Origin: the human T2T-CHM13v2.0 reference genome, Homo sapiens
DNA: 64,000 bases
Assembly (NCBI RefSeq): GCF_009914755.1
Contig: NC_060942.1
Reading direction: 5' to 3' (one strand)
Shown here: positions 53,253 through 64,000 of the stretch, in pieces
Position numbering within the stretch: position 1 is the stretch's first letter
Layout: the number at the start of each line of letters is the position of its first letter
Program-made: the position numbers and the translations under genes
Notes under the pieces: model-generated
What the model was told of the DNA's origin: nothing
Databases searched by the model: none
What the model saw: the letters and a program-made list of their open reading frames with translations, nothing else

Positions 53253-55353
53253 TGGCTCCAGTTCCTCCCCTCCTCATCACTCCAAGTTGACCTCGCCTTA
53301 TTTAGAGTGGGGAGTCTGCCCTGGACTGCTGCTCCCAGGAGTGAGGCCCCCAGGAGAAAAGCCAGCCAAAGTGTTACCTCCCAGGCCTCTTCCTGCCTCT
53401 TGAAGTCCAGCTCATAGCTGAGAAGTGTGGTCATTGACTCCAAGGCAGGACTGAGGCTCCAGGTCAGGATGCAGTGGCGAGCTGACGTGCTCTGCAAGTC
53501 AGAGTGGGTCCAGCTTCACAGGAACAGAGAGAATCCATGTAAGGCTGAAGCCCCATGGGTCTGGGTGTGTCAGTCAGCACACCCAAGACTGGGGATCTGA
53601 AAGATTCCCAAGGGGCATGGTCAAGACCCTCTCAGACCAGACACCTCACTGGGAGACTGGTCCAGAAAAGCCCCAGATGGGACAGGACAGCAGTGACTTC
53701 CTTTGGCCCCTGCAGTAACCACGTGGACCCTCCCTTCCCAGGGGCCAAGCCTGCCCCCAGCCCTGGATCTTACTTGGCAGGGACTGAGAACACTTACTGG
53801 GCCACAGGGGTCACAGGCTGCAGGGCCTTTCTCCCAGCCCCCAGGCAGCCAGGATGTTCTTGCCAAGGGGCCCTGCCCCAGGCCTATAGCTGCTGTTCAC
53901 CGTGTCTCCAGGGCAGGTACTACAGGTCCACCAGGCTGACCTGATCCCTCCCGGACATGCAGTGGTAGAAAGTGATGATGAAATTGTCAGATGGCAGGAG
54001 TGCTGCCTTGGGCGGCAACACTACAGTGCACTCACTGCCCTGCCAGATGCACTTCTGTGTGCCACCAGCAGCCTGGTTGCTGAAAAGGGCATGTGTCAGC
54101 ACCACGGGGCTGCTACACTATCCTGGTGCAGCTGCTGCAATCCTCACCCTCATCCCTATCCAGGTGGGCATGGCCCTCCACCCTCACCTGATGAAGGGGA
54201 GCCCGGGGCTGGAGCCCTGACCCAGCTCTGGGGCAGACCAGTGGCAATCAATCCTGAGAATGTTGTTGGTGAGGCAGGTGGAGGTTCCAGCCCTTGGCCC
54301 TGGAGACAGTGACGGCTGGGAGCCCACAGTGAGTGCTTCAGAAGAGAGCTGAGTTGGGGGATTGGGGGGGATCCGGCAGCTGACATCCTAGCAGGGCAGT
54401 CACCAGTGAATGACCCCAGAATCTGTCCAGGGAAGCACTGGGAGGCCTGGGAAGTGATGGGCTCTGACCCATGGTACATGGGCAAGTCAGAACCAGAGAG
54501 GTGTCAAGAGGGTGAAGGAAGGGTGGGTCCAGGGACCGGAGGTAGGGAGGTAAAGGAAGGGAGACTAGAGACAGAGGTCCAGGCTGACCCCTAGAGGACA
54601 TGCCCCAGCACAATTTGGGCCAAAACTTTCCCTAGGGGATCGACATTGGACAACCCAGTCCCCCAAACATACCCTAGTTCTCCACCCACCTCATACAGAC
54701 ACTAGTGCCCAGCCCTCACCTCGTCCATCCCCTGAGACAGAGACTCCCGAGCAGACACAGGTGCAGACGCAGGTGCAGGCCAGAAGCCAGGTGCCCATGT
54801 CTCGTCTCAGGGCCTCACTCTCCAAGGTCCAGCCTGCAAGGGGCTGGGCTGAGGGCCTGTGCGAGCCATCCCTCTCTGGAGGGGTGCTCCCCATGAATTG
54901 CTCCCTAGCAGAGTGCTCAGTGGATCTCCATCTGCACTCACGCGGTGTCCTGTGAAAGATGCTGGGCACCACTGCCCAGGGTTTACTGATAAGGAACTGA
55001 AGCTCAGAAAGGCTGCTTGACCCTGCCAAAGACTCATGATTGCAGGCTGTAAGATGCACCCTCAAACTTAGATCCTGGACTCTGACTCAGCTAGATCTCC
55101 ACGTCTGCCAAGAAGGCTCCTCTCTGGGACAGGCATCCTCTGCCAGCCCATCCCCTGTCCCTGGGCCCAGGCCCCATCCTGCAGGGGTGTCGGGATTGGG
55201 GGAACCACTCACTACCAACAACCACCACAGGTGCATTTTCTACTTTAATTCTCACAACAGCTCTGTAAGGGAGAAGCACTGTCCCTGTTCACAGGCAAGG
55301 AGCTGAGTCCCAAGAAGGGAAGGAGGAGAAATCACTTGCCCAGGGTCACATAG

Positions 55354-55716
<363 letters not shown>

Positions 55717-57463
55717 TAAAGACCCATCCCAGGATCTGCCCCAGGAAGGTGGACAAGGGTGGCAGCAGAGTATCCATGCAACAGATGGCACTTCCTGAAT
55801 TCTATCTGTTGCACCCCTGTTCGAAGGTACCTCCAAAGGAGAGCACCACCAGAAGGACGAAGACCCCCCCCTGCTGGAGTGTGAGGCCTGGGTCCCAGGA
55901 TCTCTGGGGGAGCCAGAGGTTGGCTGGAGATGAGGCGCTGAGTGTCAGGAAGTTCTTGGGTGTGGGAAGGCTACTGATGCCCCATCACCCCATTTGCAGC
56001 TCCAGACGGTACACCCATAGCCCGTAGGCAGGAAGCAGGGCCAGCCTGGTTACCAAAGGCTGATTAGTGATAAGGAGAAGAAAAAAAACAGACATACGTG
56101 CTGGCTACAGGGTGCACACTCTTAAGGAACCCGCACACCCTCAACGGGCATCAGGCACTACTCTAACCCCACTCTGCCCCACTCCCGGTAGCGTATCCAG
56201 GTACCCATAGGACAGTCCCCTGTTAAGACTGATGATCAGTAATCCTCACCCTTTCTAGAATGGAGCGTGCAGCCTGGAACCACCAGCCGCAGCATGAAAC
56301 ACCGTGGCAAGTTCTCTGCAGCAGTGTCTGTCCCTTTGTGCAACAGTTACTGGAAAGGTAGGAATGGGAAGACAGTCAGCCTGCTCTTAGGATATCTGAG
56401 GGCAGAGTTGGAGTGACCACAAGGACCTGGGGAAGCACGGGCACAACAGCCACAGCTGAGAGCTGACCCAGGCCCCAGAATGGACAACCGCTGCCCCAGC
56501 ACTGGAGAAACACCCACATCTATGTAGAATCAGGCCAGGCCAGCCACAAGCTAACCCAGGAGCAGATGGCTTGAGAGCAGGGAGTGGGGTGGCTTCAAGC
56601 TCAGCAGGCCTCGTTTCAAGACAGGGAGACGGGATGGTAGGGCAGGACCCACATGTGACATCTGAGAGCTACAAAGGAGGAGGCCAGGACACCCCCTGGG
56701 GGAGCACTGGAAAGTTGGGTACAGCAACAAGGCAATATGGCCATCTGAGGGGAAGGGCTCTGCTTTTCCTCCGCACTGAAAACTCACAGCTGTACCTGGT
56801 AAGCTGAGCAGGGCAGGGTTACCACCCTCCTACAGATGAAGAAACTGAGGCTCAGAGACCTGGGACCTGCCCAATATCTGGCTCCTGACACCTCTTCTTA
56901 GCACATTCCCACCAGCTTCTACACAAGCCTGTGAACTTCCCGAGGGGAGTGCCTGCGAGGCACCCTCAGCACATGCCCCAGCAGAAGGCACACAGTGCTT
57001 TACAAATGGGGTGGAGCTGCAGGCGGAGCTGCCTTCCCCCATCCTTGACCACAGGGCCAGGCAGCCAGGGCAGGTGCACACACACCCCCACCCACATGCT
57101 CCCTGCTCCTGGATGTCACTAGGGAGGCCTCACCGCAGCTCAGACAACACCCGGTCACAGGACGGTTGTGAGAGCAGGAGGGGAAACCAGTGTCTGCCAC
57201 CTGGGACAGAGCTGCCCCTGACATCCCTAGACCTGCTGGGGAGCCTGGCTGACATCACTGCCTGGTACAGCTTCTGCCACATTGGGTCTGTGGACATAGC
57301 CTTCAGCCCATGGTCACTCTGGCCCCTTCTCAGAGCCGCACCTATTCCATGGCCTCAGCATCAAGGCCTGGCCCAGAAGGCACTGGGCCTCACGGCCTGC
57401 CTGCCCTGGTTCCCTGGGCCACTGCGAAGCTGTGGGCTGCTCTGCAGCTGGACCCCTGCCTCA

Positions 57464-57859
<396 letters not shown>

Positions 57860-58003
57860 TCACTGCATCATCATTATTATTATTATTTTTGAGACGGAGT
57901 CTCACTCTATCACCCAGGCTGGAGTCCAGTGGCAAGGTTTTGGCTCACTGCAACCTCCACCTCCCGGATTCAAGCGATTCTCCTGCCTCAGTCTCCCAAG
58001 TAA

Positions 58004-58984
58004 TGAAGGGGGCCTGCCCCTCCATACCTGTCGGTATTTCTTGCAAGATGGAGACAAGAGACTGAGAAAAGGAAATAAGACACAAAGACAAAGTATAGAG
58101 GAAGAAAAGTGGGCCCAGGGGACCGGCGCTCAGCAAGTGAGGACCTGCACCGGTGCTGGTCTCTGAGTTCCTCAGTATTTATTGATCACTATCTCTACTA
58201 TCTCGGCAAGGGGGATGTGGCAGGACTATAGGGTAATGGTGGGCAGAGGGTCAGCAGGAAAACGTGAGCAAAGGAATCTGTGTCATAAATAAGTTTAAGG
58301 AAAGGTGCTGTGCCTGGATGTGCACGTAGGCCAGGTTTATGTTTGACTTTACACAAACCTCTCGGTGCACTAAAGAGCAGTATTGCCGCCAGCATGTCTC
58401 ACCTCCAGCCACAGGGCGGTTTTCTCCTATCTCAGTAAATAGAATGTACAGTCGGGTTTTACACCGAGACATTCCATTCCCAGGGACGAGCAGGAGACAG
58501 ATGCCTTCCTCTTATCTCAACTGCAAAGAGGCCTCCCTCTTTCACTAATCCTCCTCAGCACAGACCCTTTATGGGTGTCGGGCTGGGGGACGGTAAGGTC
58601 TTTCCCTTCCCACGAGGCCATATCTCAGGCCGTCTCAGTGGGGGGAAACCTGGACAATACGCAGGCTTTCTTGGGCAGAGGTCCCTGCGGCTTTCCGCAG
58701 TGCACTGTGTCCCTGGTTAATGGAGAATGGCAATGACTTTTACCAAGCATACTGCCTGCAAACACATTGTTAACAAAGCACATCCTGCACGGCCCTAAAT
58801 CCCCTAAACCTTGAGTCAATACAGCACATGTTTCTGTGGACACAGGGATGGGGCTAAGGTTACAGATTACCAGCATCTCAAAGCAGAAGAATTTTTCTTA
58901 GTACAGATCAAAATGGAGTTTCTTATGTCTTCCTTTTTCTACATAGACAGAGTAACAGTCTGATCTCTCTTCCTTTCCCCCACA
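58004..58984 (-). mobile_element. HERV-K(HML-2) solo LTR (LTR5A/B-like), 981 bp, inserted into an Alu (~57870-59156, -)
   Basis: On - begins tgtggggaaaggaagagagatcagactgttact and ends ggggcaggcccccttca; degenerate 6-bp TSD aagtaa / gagtag; the Alu continues across the insertion. Confidence 0.9.
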
Positions 58985-60055
58985 GAGTAGCTGGGATTAC
59001 AAGCATGCACCACTATGCCCAGCTAATTTTTGTATTTTTAGTAGAGATGAGGTTTTCCCATGTTGGCCAGGCTAGTCTCGAACCTCTGACCTTAGGTGAT
59101 CCACCCACCTTAGCCTCCCAAAGTGCTAGGATTACAGGTGTGAGCCACCACGCCTGCTTCTCTGTATTATTCATCAGCAAGAACTCTGTGGGAAATATCT
59201 GAATCCATTGTCAGTGGTGAATCTATTGACTCTTTCAGTGGTGTCAATGGTATACTTCATTTGCTCTCCTGCACGTAACCAGCATTCACAGATGCACATT
59301 TGCAATTGATTTCAATGACAGGGAACATTAACTTTGAACCCCAATTAAGCAAAATGGCATCCACTCTTCTCAGTAATAGACCCACATTACAAAAATTAAA
59401 CTCAATTATTATTACATTTTGAATTTTGCCTATAATCACATTCTGAGGTTAAATTCAAAAAAATTAAAGAAGAAGTATAAAATTTTTTAAAAATTGCCTA
59501 TAAAAAACATATGGAAGTTGCCAGTCTGGGCAACATGCCAAAACCCTGTCTCTACCAAAAAAAAAAAAAAAAATTAGCTGGGCATGGGGCGCACCTATAG
59601 TCCCAGCCACTAGGGAGTCTGAGATGGAAGGATCACTTGAGCCCAGGAGGTCCAGGCTGCAGTAAGCTGACATCATGCCACTACATTCCAGCCTGGGCAA
59701 CAGAGTGAGACCCTGTCTCAAAGAAAATTAAAAAGTAAGTAATTATACTATTCACCCTCTGACCCTTAAGAAAACAGTTTGTAAACCCCTCAAACAGGTT
59801 ATTATTATATCCACTTTATAGATGAGGAAATGAAGGCAGAGGTTCTGCAACTTGACCAGGGTTTCACAGCTAAGGCGCAGTCAGGGACACTGGCTTCAGA
59901 GTACATGATGTGTACCGTGGATCCATGCTGCCTTCCAACAACAAAACTGAACAGAAGAACTGTCACCTGAGGAAGTAAAACTAACAGCATAAGCAGAAGA
60001 CGTTACAGATAATGCCCACGTGATAAAATCACATTTGGGAAACCAGAACAAACTA

Positions 60056-60478
<423 letters not shown>

Positions 60479-60685
60479 TTAGAGGCCAAGGCGGTAGGAT
60501 CACTTGAGCCCAGGTGTTTGAGGCCATCCTGGGCAACATAAACAAGACCCCATCTCTTTCAGAGAGAGAGAGAGAGATTGATTTAGAAAGCAATTAAGAC
60601 TGGGGCCTTGACCAAGAATCAATTATCAATAACCTAGACTCAGCTAGTCTGAGGTTTCCTTTCTCTTCTGAGAGTTGAATGATTA

Positions 60686-60775
<90 letters not shown>

Positions 60776-60812
60776 TTATCTAAAGTCAGGTGATTCGAGA
60801 CCAGCGTGGCTA

Positions 60813-61031
<219 letters not shown>

Positions 61032-61494
61032 TTAATGCAACCCTAGGAAGCAATCAGGGAAGGTTCAAAAAATGAATAAGGGAATAAGAGTAGGAGTAAA
61101 GAAATAAATTGAAATACCAGTGATGAGGATTTTCATAGCCTGTTCAAATCTACGTATGTAGTCAATTTTGGGATCACTGTGATTTGGGGTTTGCTTTCTA
61201 CCTAATAAGCTATTTAAAACACTGAGAAGGCAATATTAGAACTTTCATTTTAATGAAATATTCAGAATTTTGATTAAAATAAATACTAAATTAAGTTTAC
61301 AAGCAACAGTTAAATATTTAGAGACATTTAATGTACTCAGTTTTGCGAACAGTACAAACATTTAAGAGCGTTGATTGAGGCTGAATGCGGTGGCTCACGC
61401 CTGTAATCCCAGCACTTTGGGAGGCTGAGACGGGTGGATCACGAGGTCAGATTGAGACCATCTTGGCTAACACAGTGAAACGCTGTCTCTACTA

Positions 61495-61755
<261 letters not shown>

Positions 61756-62302
61756 TTATGGGTCTCCGTCTCCTACCCATACAGAAAAACTCCCTGACAT
61801 TCATGACTTCATCCACTCTGACTAGCAGATAGGCCACATTTCCTGACACCCTGGCGCTTCACCTCAAAAGGTTTGTCTTTCCACCACACCAGCAAAGACC
61901 CTCAGGACACATGATTCACGCTGCCAGCTAAGCATCTACCCCAAGGGACAAGGTAAGCACACACTGAAGCAGCTGGGCCATCCTAGTCCTAATCCCTACA
62001 GCGGTGTCCACCCTGAGAATTGCAGCACTTGTAGAAGGTGATCATCAGCTCGTCTGCAGAGCAAGTCTGAAGCTGCATGAAGTAAGCACGAGGATGTTTG
62101 CATTTGAGACATGGCTCTAGCAATCAGAAAAATAAAGAAGTGACCCACATTAAAAAAAAATATTGCTCATGACTGTTAAAAGTAGGTATTACTATCTTTT
62201 CTTTTTTTTTTTGAGACGGAATCTCCCATTGTTGCCTGGGCTGGAGAGCAGTGGCGCACTCTCAGCTCACTGCAACCACCACCTCCCAGGTTCAAGCAAT
62301 TC

Positions 62303-62482
62303 TCCTAACCCAAACCCTAGCCCTAACACTACACAAACCCAAACCTGAACCCTAACCCTAAACCCTAACACTAACCCCTAAAGCTAACCCTAACCCTAAC
62401 CCCTAAAACTAACCCTAACCCTAAACCCTAACCCCTAAAACTAACCTTAACCCTAACCCCAACCCTAACCCTAACCCTAACT
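62303..62482 (+). repeat. Interstitial telomeric sequence 2, (CCCTAA)n variants, joined to a truncated Alu
   Basis: gcaattctCCTAAcccaaaccctagccctaac...ccctaaccctaaccctaac. Confidence 0.95.
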
Positions 62483-62697
62483 TCTTAATCAACCGTATTG
62501 ACTAATGAAGTAAACATGAGTAGGCCAGTCGAGGTGGCTTACATCTCTAATCTCAGCACTTTGGGAAACTGAGGCAGGCAGATCACCTGAGCTCAGGAGC
62601 TCGAGACCAGCTGGCTAACATGGTGAAACCCGGTCTCTACTAAAAATACAAACATTAGCCGGGCGTGGTGGCAGGCGCCTGTAATCCCAACTACTCA

Positions 62698-62838
<141 letters not shown>

Positions 62839-63770
62839 TTAAACCTGAAATTTTTTGCAACTGGTATATGTGTGATATACACACACATACACACACACAG
62901 GGCTGGAGAATATAGTAAGATAATATTCTGTCCAGTAAACTCTTATGAAATTTCAATGATCAATTGTGCCCTCTGCCTTTCATTCTGTGTTGAGCTTTTA
63001 TTTTTCTTTACTGATTATCCCAAATATGGACTCTGCTTTTATGTATCTATTTCCTTGATTTATAAATTAAGGGTGATTCTCACATATGATCTACCAAACA
63101 TTTTTTTTTTGGTCTAAAAAAATCACGTCAGAACATTTGTGTTGTTAGACATCATAACCGCTGTGACTTGAAGGATCTAGGTAGACAGAATCTTAAGAGT
63201 ATTTGATAAGAGGGTGTTGGATGTGCATAGAGTTCCCAAGACCCCCGAGAGCCTGCTGTGTCCCTGCAGGTGGAGGCCGCAACGCAGGCAGCTGGGCTGG
63301 GCTGGGCGGGTGGGCAGCAGGTGGGAGCGCTCAGGGACTGGGGGCCAGGTCAGTTGTGCAACCCCTGTTCTGAGGCCAGTGGGAAACCATCGTTAAAGTT
63401 AAATAAGAAGAGTGATGGGATGAGACTTGTTTGTAAAGGAGAGTTTTGTCACAATCACCCTGAGGTCTCTGTGGGGTGTGGGTGGGTCTGTGCTCCTCCG
63501 GGGAACTCGCTGTGCGGAGCACTGCCGGAGGCTGCGAGTTCCCACCTGGAGTGCGGCGTCTGCATCTGCCCAGGGGGAACCGCTGTGCAGACCCAGGCTG
63601 GGGGCAGCTCTGCTCTTCAACTCTGCGAAGGCTCCAGAAAAGGAAAACTGGACCCAGATGGAAAGAGACATTTTCCACCCAGCCGGGGTGGCTGCGAAGT
63701 GAAACGGGCCTGCGGACACGACCCTCAGGTAGAAACGTGGCCTCCTGCGCTGGGGTCACCTGGCGCTTAC

Positions 63771-63856
63771 CTGGGAGGGGTCCCTGTTTTGGGTGAAAAA
63801 CACTGGGGTGTTTTCTGTGAGATGCAGATCTGGCTCAGCAACAACCGCTGAGGAAT
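63771..63856 (-). other. Putative 86-nt orphan exon within a segment paralogous (inverted) to 35960-36425
   Basis: ttttctttctcttttctctcag/ATTCCTCAGC...CCTCCCAG/gtaagc. Confidence 0.45.
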
Positions 63857-64000
63857 CTGAGAGAAAAGAGAAAGAAAACTCCACACTACCGTTGCAAGTT
63901 TCCTGAAAGTATGGAATTATTGGGAAGTAAGCTACTTTTTAAAACAACTGTGTCAATTCCACGCCCGTGAAGCAGATACGACAACAAGCTCCACTGTGGA

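Larger units (their letters stand above)
47919..54833 (-). pseudogene. IL9RP4: Unprocessed IL9R pseudogene lacking exon 1 (probably IL9RP4); exons 54720-54833, 54188-54299, 53901-54079, 53378-53518, 52519-52700, 51833-51938, 50398-50482, ~47919-48237
   Basis: GWTLESEALRRDMGTWLLAC, CLTNNILRIDCHWSAPELGQG, SECTVVLPP, HCILTWSLSPALE, QHRDHIVGVTWLILEAFELDPG, TM VAVSIFLLLTGPTYLLFKLSPR and QGMLLPSVLSKA; nonsense codons in exons 4, 8 and 9; mutated acceptors at exons 5 and 7. IL9R homology is near-certain; the copy number P4 is inferred from the TUBB8B neighbour. Confidence 0.88.

Overview
Human/hominoid subtelomeric segmental-duplication mosaic; not prokaryotic, and no CRISPR, tRNA or rRNA. From memory, the TUBB8B-type protein plus a neighbouring IL9R pseudogene fit the 18p11.32 subtelomere; I could not check this against a database. 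In order: (1) an old L1M with a nested near-full-length L1PA2-like element (3585-9663); (2) a duplicated block holding an unprocessed FAM166A/CIMIP2A pseudogene (+) tail-to-tail with a 4-exon TUBB8-family beta-tubulin (-), which here has a +1 G frameshift in the GGGTGS motif; (3) a deleted ERV1 provirus whose integrase end abuts the tubulin core promoter; (4) an L1MA with nested MaLR elements; (5) an interstitial telomeric array at 31.4-32.0 kb; (6) a very dense Alu cluster with two duplicated CpG islands; (7) a VNTR and CA tracts; (8) an IL9R pseudogene (exons 2-9, -) with a co-oriented HML-2 solo LTR5 upstream; (9) a second telomeric tract fused to a broken Alu. Most ORF-track entries are Alu, L1 or simple-repeat artefacts. 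No new biological system is demonstrable from sequence alone, but several testable hypotheses are listed. All reference-sequence comparisons are from memory.
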